A DNA stretch of 63,901 bases, the filler included, from Rhizaria sp. SCN 62-66 (Eukaryota), in NCBI GenBank assembly GCA_001724265.1. It is 3 parts of 3 records of this genome, joined end to end, with 100 filler letters (N's around TTAATTAATTAA, not from the genome) between each part and the next. Parts side by side here need not be neighbours in the genome. Positions count along the whole stretch, not along the records: positions 1 to 21,641 come from MEDY01000445.1; positions 21,742 to 43,375 come from MEDY01000446.1; 1 more part is not named here. One strand, written 5' to 3'. Made by a program: the position numbers and the translations under genes. Of this stretch, positions 10,401 to 22,419 are shown piece after piece (the first letter of the stretch is position 1; every line of letters starts with the position of its first letter). The notes beneath the pieces were generated by a model. It was given only the letters and a program-made list of their open reading frames with translations, was not told the DNA's origin and did not search any database.

Positions 10401-13400
10401 ATGTTGAGGCGCGGCTGCAAGCGGTCGCGGGCGCGCTCCTGGCGCGTGTGTGTGAGCTGAGCGCGGCGCTAGCGGGGCAAAACGTCGACGAGGACGCCAA
10501 TCACGGCCAATCGCACTCTGTTGACAACGATGTTGCCGATAACGACGGCGTCCACGTCATCACTCGCTCTCACACCAACGGCAACGGCAGCAGCAGCACT
10601 GGGCACAGCGTCGCGGCCGCCGGTCTGCATTGCACCGTGACTCACATGGACTACGTGTCGAGCATCCTGGCCTCGCTGCCCACGGCCAGCGCGTGCGCGC
10701 TGGGTGCGCCGCCGAAGCGCGCGTGCGTCGAGACGACCGCGCAGACGGACCTGGAGCTTGCGCTGGCATGCGCGCTCGTGCTGTTGCCGCTGCACCCCAC
10801 CCTCTCGCTCGACGCCATCGGCGGCGGCGACGGCGCCATGGGCGGCGCCATGGGCGACTGCGGCGACTCTGATGCTGGTGACGCTGCTGCTGCTGCTGCT
10901 GCACCGCAGCGAATTTCGTGCGACGCGCTGCCCGAGCCGGGCACTGTCGCTGCCTTGCTGAGCACGTTCTACAGGATCTCGCACTCCGGTAACGCGCCCA
11001 ACGTCGGCTCTAGCGTCAGCAATATCGGTGTCACTGCCCAGGCCCGCGCCCGTGGCCGTGGCCGTGGCCGTCAGGGGGACCGCATCGTCACGCAGCCCTA
11101 CTCGCAGCGCCTGGCCGCGGCGGCCGCGCTGCGCCGCGCCGCTACGCTCCCGCGCTACACGCTCGCGCTGCCGCTTGACGCGCCGCGCGCCGAGGCGGAC
11201 CCAGTGGACGCGGCCGCCGCGACCGTGGCCGCCGTGGCCGTCGACCGCCCCGGACCGGCCGGCGCAGCGGCGGGCGCGCTGGATGCCGTGCGGCTGCCGT
11301 GGTACGACGTCAGTCTGGCCGGAGACGACGACGATGCTGCGCTCGTCGACTCGGCCGCGCTCGCGGAAGACGCCAGCACCACTAGTCAGAGTCAAACGCA
11401 CAGCCTCGGCCACAGCCACGGTCGCGGTCACGGCCAAGGCCACGGTAGCAAAGCGCACTCCGCCAACGCCAACGCTGGGTCTAGCTCTAGCCTCGATGCC
11501 ATTGCCAGCAGCAGCTCCCGCCACAGCCAGGGTCACAGCTACAGCATCCACAGTGCCGGCAGCACGCAGCGCCTCGCCGGGATGCGCCGGGGCGGCTCCG
11601 TGTACTCGCACATCGCGCCGCACCGGCCCGCCGCGCGCGCGCTGACGGGCTTCCCCAGCGCCGCCGCGCTACACCTCGCGCTCGCCGTCACCGACGGCAC
11701 GACCCCAAGCGCCGCGGCGGGCTCCGCGGGCGCGGGCGGCGGCTCGGGCGGCGACGGCGAGTCCGCGGACGCCGCCGAGGCCGACACGGACTTCATGCTG
11801 GGTATCGGCTTCGGCGACCCGTCGGTCTCGGCGGCCAGCAGCAGCGCCAGCAGCAGCAGTCTGGCGCAGCTGAGCAACCCCACGGCGGTGTACGCGGCGG
11901 CGGACCAGGCGGCCATCCGCGCGCACAGCAGCACGACTGAGAGCAACACGAACCCGGCTGTGGCGTCGCTGGTCGAGTCCGCCACCTTTGCCTCGGCCGT
12001 CGCGGCCCGCTCCTCGGGCCTCTCGCTGTTTCCCATCTCCGGCGGCGGCCGTGACGCCGTCATCACCAACTACTATAAGGACGACGGCACGCTCATCGCC
12101 TCGCTCCCGCGCCCCAGCAGCATGAACGCCAGCAGTATCAACGGCAGCAGCAAGGGCGGCGCTCACATCAGCACGAGCACAAGCAGCTTTAGCGGTAGTC
12201 TCGCTGACCCGATCCGCGCCCCGCTGCGCGCGCGCTCCTCGCTGTCGCCCGTGGCGGCAGCCGCGGTGCGGCGCACGCAGCTCGCCGTGGCGGACCCGGG
12301 TATGCTGGTCGCGCTGGCCGAGTTCTGCCACCGCGGCGCCGCGCCCCTGCGCCGCGGCGGCATCGCCGAGGTGTTGTCGCTCTACTCGCTCGCCGACTGG
12401 CTACTCGTGCCCTCGCTGCCGCAGCAGTGCGAGGTCTGGCTCGGCGACTCGCTGTCGGCGACCTCGGTGTTGGCCACGCTGCAGCACCCCGTGGCGTCGC
12501 GGCTGCCCGATCTGCGCCAGCTTTGCCTCGAGTTCATCGACGACAACGCCGCCGCCGTGCTCGCGCACCCCCGGCTGGGCGCGCTGCCGCAGGGCGTCAT
12601 GTGCGACATCCTCGCGCGCGACTCGCTCGCCGTCGCCGAGCCCGTCGCGTTTAACGCCGCAAAGACCTGGGGCGTGGCGCAGCTCCAGCGTGTGGACGAG
12701 TACACGATGCTCGAGGCCATCGAGCTCTCGGTCGCCCCCGGCCTCCGCGGCGCTGGCGCAGGCTCGCGTGCGGGCCCTGTCGGGTCGCCTCCGGCCGCCG
12801 CCACCGCCGCAGCCGCTGCGGCTGCGGCGGCTGCGGCGGACTCTCGGACCGTGGTCAAGAACGTCGACCGTGTCATCTCCGCGCTCACCAAGACGTCCGC
12901 GCGCCGCAGCCACCACGACGCCGACGCCGACGCTGACGGTGACCCGGTCAAGAGCCAGTTCGACCAGCCAACCTTTTTCCACGCGCTCTTCACCGCGCTC
13001 AGCCACCGCGGCAACAGCAACGGCAACAATGGTAGCGGCAACGGCAATATCACTGGCGGGAACAAGGACGAGTTCGCCGACAACGCTGAGCAGCAGCTGG
13101 CGCGCAGCTCCGTGCGCCCGTCCTTCTCCCGCCGCTGCAGCGTCAGTGTGTCGGCCCCGCTCGCGCTGGCGCTGGCCACCACCACCGCAGCGGGCGCCGA
13201 CGCCGCCGCCGCGCTCGCCTCGGGCGCCACCGACACCGCCTCCGCCTCGGTCTCGGGCGCGGGCTCTGTGTCGGGGTCCGGCAGGCGCAGCCGGCGCGTT
13301 TCACTGTTGGCGCGCAGTGCAAGTCTGAGCATCAGCCCTAGTCGGCGCCTAGTGATGAACGACGACGGCGACGACGATGAGTCTGCGATCAAGGCCGAGG

Positions 13401-16161
13401 CTTCTGCTTCTGTCCCCAACGTAGATAAGAGCAAGTCTCGTGTCAGTGGCAGCGGCAGCAGCAGCAGCAGTGACAGTGAGGCTGAGGTCGAAGCTGATGT
13501 CGCGAGCTCTCGCGCCGGCAAGCGCCCGCGCCTCGCCACAGACGACTTCCCCGGCCTCTCTGCCCAGCTCTCACAGGCGCTGCCACTACCGCAGCGGCGC
13601 CAGAGCCTGCGCCGGCGCGAGGGCGTGGGCAGCACTGCCCAGCCTGGCGCGTTCATCGCCACGAGCAAGATGGCGCACGTGCGCCACGCCGCGCTCCGCC
13701 GTATCAGCCTGACTGCGGCCGCCGAAGACGCGGCCTCGGCCTGGGACAGCCTCGACCTCGAGAATGGGAGCGCGCTGATCGACGGCGACGGCGACGGCGA
13801 CGGCGGCGGCGGCGCGAATGGCGCTGACAACGAAGAGGAGGAAGAAGAGGAAGAGAGTGACGGTGCGGATGTTAACAGTGGCCGTGTCGGCTACCGTCGC
13901 AACGCACAGGGCGCCATTTTCCCCAACAATGACGACGAAGACAATGACGATGTAATTCACTTCGACAGCCTCATTCACGGTGGAATAGCCACCGACAGCG
14001 ACAACGACGACGACGTCGAGTTGCTGCCGCGCAACCCCGCCGTGGAGTCCCGCGTTCAGGCCTCGCTCGAGAACGACACCGCACACTCTGCTGACTCGAC
14101 AGGTGCTGCTGAAAACGGTCCTGTGGGTACTAGTCGCAAGCAAAAGCGCGGTTTATCCGCCGCGTCTTTCACTTCGCCCGTGAGCTCTCAGTCGCATCTG
14201 CAGCCGCATTCGCAGCCTCGCACAGCGGTGCAATTGCAGGCGCCGGCCGCGGCGGCCGCTGCCGCCGCTGCACGCGTTTATGCCAAGGCTGCGGCCGCTG
14301 TCGCTCTGCTCCGCCGGAACAACACTGCTGATGCTGCTGACGCTGACGCTGAGGCTGAGGCTAGCGCCACCGCTCCGTCTGCTCTCAGTCCCTCCCAGAG
14401 CACGAGTGGAGCCGGCGCCAGTGCCGGTGTGTCGCGCGGGCTGGAGAGGCGGCTCGGCCGGCTGCGGATGGAGCTACCGTGGCACACGGCGACCTACCAG
14501 ACGCACGTGCCGTACGCGTATAGCACGTGCACGGGCTCCAAGGCTGGGCGCGAGGCCGCGGTCGCCGTCGCCAGGATCCTAGTCGCGGGACACGAACACA
14601 CCCGAGACCTCGACCGCGACAGCATCAACAGCGGCAACGGCGGTGCGCAGGTGGTCGACGCGTGGCTGCCGATCCCGCTCGTGCGCGCTGCCCCCGGCGG
14701 CGACCGCGGCGGCGACCGTGACGGCGACCGTGACGGCGGCTGCTGTGGTGACCGAGGCGCCGTGTGCTTGCATATCCAGTCGCTGGGGCTGCGGCTGCAC
14801 CTCGAGACGTCGCTGGCGCGCGCGCTCATCGCCGAGACCGGCAACCAGTTCGAGCTCGACTGCGACGGCGACGGCGACGGCGACGGCAACGGTCAGATCC
14901 AAGGCAACGGTCACACCCAAGGTCACGGCCACGGCCGCGTAGGCGGCGCGCCTGCGAGCGCGAGTCTCGCGCTGTCGGGCGCAGGCCTCCGGCAGCTGAA
15001 CCGCAGCGTGCTTTCGGTGGGCTACAACCCTGCCCGCGGCTCGCTGCTCGTCGTGCGCGCGCATAGCATGCGAACTGCAGAGATCAGCGACTTCAGCTTC
15101 ATCAAAACGGTACGGCAACGACAGCGACGACGTAGCAATCTCAAGACCTCTCTAAATCTTGATATTTTTACTCACTTAACTGAAATGTCATTTTTCTCAC
15201 TTACTCACTCACACATCTTCTCTCTCCTTCATGTCTGTATTTGTCTTACAGATTGTGGCGCCGCTGATGCGCCACGTGCGCTTCCCGCTGATGGACCCCA
15301 GCTTCGTTTACAACACCATCCGCACGTCGCAGCTCGTCTCTGAGTCGGTCGTGACGGCCGCACTGGCCGTGCACGCCGACGCCGACGCCGCGCGCGCCTC
15401 GCTGCCGCCCGCGATGCTGCGCCAGCGCCGCCAGCGCTTCCTATTCGACGCGTCGCAGTACATCGAGGGCGAGTGGGAGGTCGACAAGGCGGGCCGCGCC
15501 TTCTCCAACGTCTCGGCCACCACCGAGGCCTCTCTCACGGTCAAGTGCCCGATCGTCCGCAAGGCGCAGGACAACCGCGTGATCCGCTTCTCGGTCGAAC
15601 TGGCCGGGCTGGACGACAACGGTGGGCCGCAGAAGGGTTTCTATGGCATCGGCGTCGTCGGCCACGCGCTCGTCCGCTGCAAGGAGGGCGTGACGTCGAA
15701 GCAAAAGGCGACGCTGTACTACAGCAACGGCTGGGTCTCTTCGTTCGGTGCGACGCTTGACAAGACGGGCAACTTGCCCAACTTCGGCGACGGTGACGTC
15801 ATCGGTATCGAGATCAGCTTTAAGCACAACAGCCTTCGGTTCATGATCAACGGGCGTTACGTCGGTCCCGTCGTCCAGCTGCACAGCGTACGTACTACAT
15901 CGAACCAAACAGCGCGCTTAACTTTACTAGAAACTTAACCGTATATCTCACTAAAATGAATGCATATCTGCTTTAAAATTGAATATTGCATAATTCTCAC
16001 ATTAAAGCGCACAATACTTACTTATTTAATTCCTCTGTTTCATTTGCTTCTTGTTTCTCTTTGCTTTTGTCGCGCAGTCGTTCATGGAAACTGGCAGCGA
16101 GATGTACCCTGTTGTGCGTCTCAAGGCACGCAGCAGCGTCAGCATTCGCGATGACTCATAA
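7406..16161 (+). CDS. Giant (~2800 aa) BTB/POZ-BACK-SPRY-like protein; exons 7406-15109, 15252-15887, 16078-16161
   Basis: BTB halves VVAERSPVLRAML...FGE and MLVALAEFCH...LYSLADWLLVPSLPQQCEVWL. BACK segments LRQLCLEFID...DILARDSL...FNAAKTW and LMRHVRFPLMD. SPRY-like FGDGDVIGIEISF...FMINGRYVG...MYPVVRL. Two GT-AG phase-0 introns keep the frame. Stop TAA. Confidence 0.8.
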
Positions 16162-16608
16162 GCGCAGCAATAGCTGAGTTTCAACAGAGCTAGCCAGAGT
16201 CAGCATATTCTTTTTTCATGCAACGGCGATCCCTCGCCATCGTGTTTATGTCATGGCGCGAGAGTGATCTTGACAACAAAAGAGGAACTTTAACTTGCAA
16301 TAATATCATTTTATGCAATAATACTAATTTATCTCAGTGTAAAACGTGAATTCATATTTATATCCGCGTTTTATTTTAATAAACCAGCTTCTTCAACCCG
16401 ACTTTATGATCGAAAACGTGATTACTCGCGAGCTCCCAGTGACCGTGAGAGGCGGCCTTCAATAAAGTCTAGCCGGGCTTGGGCACACCCTCGCACCGAA
16501 GGTGCGGGACCGAGCGCGGCTCGGACAAGTCATGTTGGGGTATTTCGAGAACGTGCAAAGGAATAGAAGTCATTTATTTGATTTCTGTATAACTTTTAGA
16601 GAACAACA

Positions 16609-18161
16609 ATGTCTGTTGCCGCTCTTGCTGCCCTCGCTGAGGACCCTATCTTCGGTCCCGCCCAGTACGCACTTCCCGCGGCTTCGACCGAGTCCGCGAG
16701 CGTGTCTTGCACTTCCTCGTGCCTCTCTGCGCTCACTGTCCGCAGTGGCCTTGAGCCCGTGGGTGCGGCGTACCACGCCCTCGTCTTCCCCGAGTCCGGC
16801 GATTCCGTCGACCTGGACGCTGTCGAGGCCGCTGAGGCCGCGGCGCAGGAGGACTACAAGATCTACCGCCGCGTCATGCGCGCGTCGCTCTACGACTACT
16901 ACGCTCTCCTCAACCTCTCTGAGAAGAACATCGAGGCCACCGAGGCCGAGATCCGTGCTTCCTACCGCAAGCTCTCCCTGCTTTGCCACCCTGACAAGGC
17001 CACCCCCGAGGACCGCGAGGACGCTGAGGCGCGCTTCAAGAGCATGCAGAAGGGTACGTCATCGTTCTTTCCTCACACTTTCTTGCACCATATTTTCTCT
17101 TTTGTAAAGAAAAAAACAAAAATTATGATGATTTCACACTACCTAGGACACCATTGTAGTCGATTTGAACGTCGGCAGTGAAAAAATCTATGTGTTTATC
17201 CGTCTGAGTGTTTTTGTTTACTTTACATCCTTCGAGAACCCGTCACGCACTGTGCTCTCTCTTGCACCTATGACTCACTCCTTCTCTTTGTTCTCTCATT
17301 TCTTTGCTCATTTTTTTAGGCTTTGACGTCCTGACCAACGAGTCTACCCGCATCGACTATGACTCGACCTACAAGGCGGACGACTCAATCCCCGGCCCCA
17401 AGGAGGGCGCTGGCGATGTCGAGAAGTTCCTCGCCGTCTATGGTCCCGTCTTTGCCCGCAACGCGCGCTACTCGATCGTCAAGCCCGTCCCTACCCTCGG
17501 CGACGCCAACACCCCGTACGCTGAGATCGACAAGTTCTACAACTTCTGGGCCGGCTTCAAGTCGTGGCGCGAGTTCTCCCGCGGCGACACCGAGCGCTGC
17601 GGTGACTCCGCGTCCCGCGACGAGCGCCGTCGCGCTGCGCAGAAGAACAAGAAGAACCGCGAGCTGCTCAAGAAGGAGGAGATCGCGCGCGTCGCCAACC
17701 TCGTCCGCCAGGCGCAGGCCGTCGACCCCCGTGTCGTGGCCTACAAGGCCAACATCCTCAACGCCAAGGCCAACGAGAAGCAGAGCGCCGCGGCCGCCAA
17801 GAAGGCCGCCGAGGACGCCAAGAAGGCTGCTGCCGACGCCATCAAGAAGGCCGCCGAGGACGCCGCCGCCGCTGCCAAGAAGGAGGCCGATGACGCCCGC
17901 CGCAAGGCCGCCGACCTGAGCGCCAAGATCAAGAAGTTCCGCGCCATGTTCAACCGCGACCCCGCGCTCGCGGGCGTCGAGGGCCTGGTCAACGCCATGC
18001 TCAAGATCATGGATCACCCCGAGGCCATCCTCATCGACAAGGCGCTGCGCCCCGCGGGCATCCAGGTCGACGCCAACGGCTTCGGCGACGACGTCGCGGG
18101 CAAGCTTATGGCGATCGACGGCATCAAGGCCCTCTCTGAGCGCGCCCGTGCCACCCTTTAA
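16609..18161 (+). CDS. DNAJC2: Zuotin/DNAJC2 ribosome-associated J-protein; exons 16609-17053, 17320-18161
   Basis: J domain DYYALL...YRKLSLLCHPDK; zuotin motifs GPVFARNARYS...PTLGD...FYNFWAGFKSWREFS and DPRV. Phase-1 intron GTACGT...TTTAG. Stop TAA. Confidence 0.92.
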
Positions 18162-18787
18162 GTGCCTCGTCGACACTCAGTCGTCGTTGAAGCACCTGCA
18201 GGGAGTGATGTGGGTGTGTGATTGCTGCGTGCGTGAAACACTACTTAGTCTTTTTCTGTGGAACGCAAAGTACACACACACACACTGTTTCTTTTTAGCT
18301 AGTTTTTGATTTGTAAATCTTTGTAAGGGACTTGCGTAATACAATCTTAGTCTCTTTATGCCAACTTCGTTATAATTTGCTTTGAGCAACACTTGACTTG
18401 AACTGAATTCAGTCATGATACTCAACAAAAACTATGTCACATGTGGTAATAATCACAAAGCTTTTTATCGCTTATCTGAAGGCATGTGTTAAAATCACTT
18501 CAGCTTAGCAGTATTAAAAAAGCATCTCCAAATATGGTCCGAATTTTCATGGAACAACTGACGAGGTATAAGTCCTCACGGTCATGACTCGGAAAACGTA
18601 TGCTCAGACTTTGGTACACTTAAGTATGAACAATACGGATCACATCAAAAATAAAACAAAAACAACTGACACCAATACCGTTTGATTCATTCGCCCATGC
18701 ATAGATCGCGATTCATGATCGATAGCTTTTGTGCCCTTGTGTCAACTACTGCGTACTTCGCAATGTGCACGCAGCTGAAGATAACGC

Positions 18788-21640
18788 TCACTCCGGAATG
18801 CGTCGTGCAACAGTCTGAAAATCAACTTCAATCAAGTTCCTCCTTGGGTTTAACGCGTGGTCAAAGTCTTGAAACACCGCAGGACAGCAGCACCCGTGCC
18901 CGTCGTCGAACTGTCTGTTAAACGCGTAAATCAGCCCTATGAATATTGGCACCATGTACAGATAGAGCGGGATGTTTGCGACTGCGAGAGAGGGCGCCCA
19001 TCGCGTATCCGCGGGGTTCCAGAGCTTGTTGACATACAGTGCAAGCAGCACAATCCAGATCAAAAGTGGCGCTAAAGCGCCGATCGTCAGAATGGCATGG
19101 AAAATGCCCTCCCTGTGGCGCATCACCGCCACGGCCGCGACGAACACGACGGCGGTGGCCAGGAACGGGGAGAACGCGGCGAGGCCCGAGATGCTGAAGC
19201 CTTCGAGCTTCGCATTAACAAGGGCGAAGAAGCAGAGGAACTGGCCCCAAACGAACCAAGCCACACAGAAGCGCATGAAAACGCGGTCGAAGAAAAAGTT
19301 GCCCAACTCCTCTGTTTCGCGATCTTGGAATGTGATAAAGGGTGGCAGACACTGCATTGCAAGAAAGGCGTAGACCGGAATAAAGCCAACGGTGTAGGAA
19401 ACAGATATCATGTTGGTGCAGATAAGGACGACCATGATGATTTGCGCAAAGAGGGCAAACACAGATGAAAAAAGCCAGCAGGCGCCGAAACAGCTGTCTT
19501 TGCCAACAACGGAAAGGCAGTGGATCCATTTCGGCATGAGACCGTGGAGGATGGGAAACTGAAAAATCCACACGCGAGAGTGCGGATGGAGGCGGGCACC
19601 GACAACATTTGCATTGGCAACGGGGGCGTCACAGCAAAAGAGCCGAAACCCATTCTAAGCAACACAAAAGAAATCGAGCAACAGTCAACAAACAAGCTGA
19701 TGAGGATATGACTAGCACTGACTGAGGTTCGTGAAACTCTGATATAATTCAATCAAAGAACATAGACACTACATCTTAAGCAACAAAAATCAAACAAAAC
19801 AATACGGAGTCAGCATAAGCACCTCACGTACCTAACTCTCCGAGATCGTCACCACATGCTCGAGTGAAACAGCCTCTTCGGTCGCGGTGGGACTCCCATA
19901 CAGCGCACGGAACGTGTCCGTCAGCGAAGCAAGGCTCACCAGGCAAGACAAAGTGACAATAATGACAAACACAACAGCAGGCCACATTTCGAATATGGAA
20001 TAACTCCCGCCAACGTGTTTGCGGTAGATAAGCAAGATCGGAAACACGATGAACAGCAGCAGGGTCGCGATGTGCACCACATGCAGCTGAAAACACCTGT
20101 ACAGCCGTTGTGCGAAGCTGCAGTGGTACGTCGCCTCGAGCGCTGCGCGGCTCACAGCCTCGTTGGCGGCCTGCGATAAAGATTGGAGCAGCATCTCCGG
20201 CTGCCGCGGCCGCTGCAGCAGTGACAGGGGGTGGACGACTGACGGCACGGAAAGCGCGTCGACACCAGAGAAGATGCCGAACGCAGGTGCTGCGGGCCAA
20301 TGGGACACGGCAGGGCCGAATGGGCTCACTTCCGAAGGCGCATTACGGCTTTCCGCGCTGCCATTGTGGCTGCTACTCTGTGAACTTGCACTGATACTCA
20401 CACTCGTGGTTGCAACCGCACTGTTCACGCTGTTATAATACATAAAAGGCTGGCGCAGCGGTTTTCCGGCCCTCGGCACCGACCCCAGCGCAATACGCGG
20501 CTGCATCGTCATCAGAAACGACTCCAGCGGCGACGGCGCGTACGTGCGGGCGCCACGTGTCGCAGCGGCGGACAAGACAGAGCCCGGTGGAGCAGGCACA
20601 GTGGCAGGCAGTAGGGCGGAATTGGGCACTGTGGAAGACAGACGAGTCGCAAAGCACATGCCGCTCAGAAGGGCGGACGCAGTCTCATTCAGGGCATCCA
20701 CGCCTGGCTCACCGGCGCTCGCACTCAAACTCGTTGTACTGTTGATACCGGTAGTAACCCGAGCGCCAGCTCTCGCGTTTGTGTCCGGGTCAATGGCGAC
20801 GTACTCTACAATGAACGGAAGACCAACCACGTGCGTTGCTGCACTCGACGCGCCGCCAACACCAGCACTGGCGCTGATGTCAGCCTTGCCGGAATCGGCG
20901 TCGGTGGACCCATGTGCGTGGTATCTAGATGCAACCGGGGGCAAAGGAGGGCCAGTTGACTCCAAAACATCACGGTTACTCGCAGTTGTACGATCTGTAG
21001 ATGTGCTGAAATGAATATCGTTTCCATTATGGTCCGCGTTGTGTACGGTTTTGTTGTCGATAAGGTGACGGTCAGCTGCTGCACGTTGCGCGTCCGCTCG
21101 CGCCCATTCGGCAGCCAGCGCCGTGCCGACCACCGGCGCGGGCCCCGCCGCCCCGACCGCGCTGGCGGGCAGCACCGAGCCCACCTCGGCCATGGCGCCG
21201 ACGCCGGGCGAGGCGGCGAACTCACTCCGCTGCATCCACGTATGCGACGTGTTTTGCGCGGCGACTTTTTCGGGCATGATGTTGCGGCCGAGCAAGTGTC
21301 CGGTTTTGTGCGAGGCCCGGCCGGCCCAGACTGGGTGCGCAGAGTAGTCGGCGCGCTGCACAGTTTTGAGCTCTAGCAGCGCAAGACGCTCTTCGGGGGT
21401 AAAGAGCGACGAAAAGGCAAAAGGAGCGAAGTCCTCGCGGCAATTGCCGTCACCAGCAGGAGAATTTGCAACGCTGTCATCACAATCTTCGCCAGTGCTA
21501 CTGATGTTTAAGGCAACGCTGTCAGGTTGGCGAGGTACTGTAACTGCGTTCAGCTCTGCAGTGGAGAAGACTTGAAAGCGGATTAGCGGCAGCAAATCCC
21601 AGAGCTCCAGCCTGACCAACCGGGGATCCTGGTCATCGAG
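18788..21640 (-). CDS. Multi-pass membrane protein, 5'-truncated at contig end; exons 21640-19832 (last codon TAG) and 19654-18788
   Basis: Exon ends ...ISES-TAG directly followed by donor GTACGT. Intron 19831-19655 ends TTGCTTAG, and the next exon (NGFRLFCCD...VWIFQFP) is in frame with the hydrophobic ORF ending TGA at 18788. N-terminal remnant LLPLIRFQVFSTAEL resembles the end of a BACK domain. Confidence 0.7.
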
Positions 21641-21641
21641 C

Positions 21642-21741
21642 NNNNNNNNNNNNNNNNNNNNNNNNNNNNNNNNNNNNNNNNNNNNTTAATTAATTAANNN
21701 NNNNNNNNNNNNNNNNNNNNNNNNNNNNNNNNNNNNNNNNN
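21642..21741. other. Artificial contig-joining linker (N run with TTAATTAATTAA)
   Basis: 100-nt block of Ns with TTAATTAATTAA at 21686-21697. Same design as 43376-43475. Confidence 0.95.
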
Positions 21742-22419
21742 GGATATCACATCGCGGATGAGTACGACCGATACCTAGTGTGCGGTGAGTTTGGAGCAGA
21801 GCAGTGATTACACTGGCGGAAACCCGTTCGATTGACTGACGAACTGACCTTCGTCAATTACTACTGAGCATAATGACTTTTTGTCGTTGATCGCTGCGTT
21901 AATACTGTCGCTCAGTTCATGATATCTGCCACAGTTCAGGTTGAAACAGAGATATCTGTCACGAGTAACAAAAGTGGTGTTACACATGTATTAGCATCTG
22001 CTAAAAGAAAAAACAACTTGTCAATGCATGTTAAACTGTTTCAAACGGTATATTTCATTTTAATTCATATATACACCGTTTTAGTCCATACTTCGAGTTA
22101 GATTTGAACTTTGTCGTGTGATAGTTGATTTGTGGTGGTGCGTGTGAGGCCATTCTTCATCGCAACGATACCTCTGTCAAGCTTCACAAACTCCGTTAAT
22201 TGGCGATTTGGAGTTAAAAATGGTATCTAAGTATATGTTCATGTGAATCAACTTAATTTTGTGATCAAAGATTGCGTATTCAGTGTGGAATGTACACTTT
22301 TGTACAACATTTTCCTTGACTCACCTCCATATTCTCGTTCGTTTCTCCCCGTGCCGAGCTAGTTCTGGACTTCTTGAACTCCCGTGCGCTGTACTACAGT
22401 GCTTGATTGTCTGGCATTG

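Noticed and set aside
21686-21697. TTAATTAATTAA as a biological motif (e.g. a piggyBac TTAA target)
   Set aside because: It is embedded in N runs with an identical layout twice, so it is an artificial spacer.
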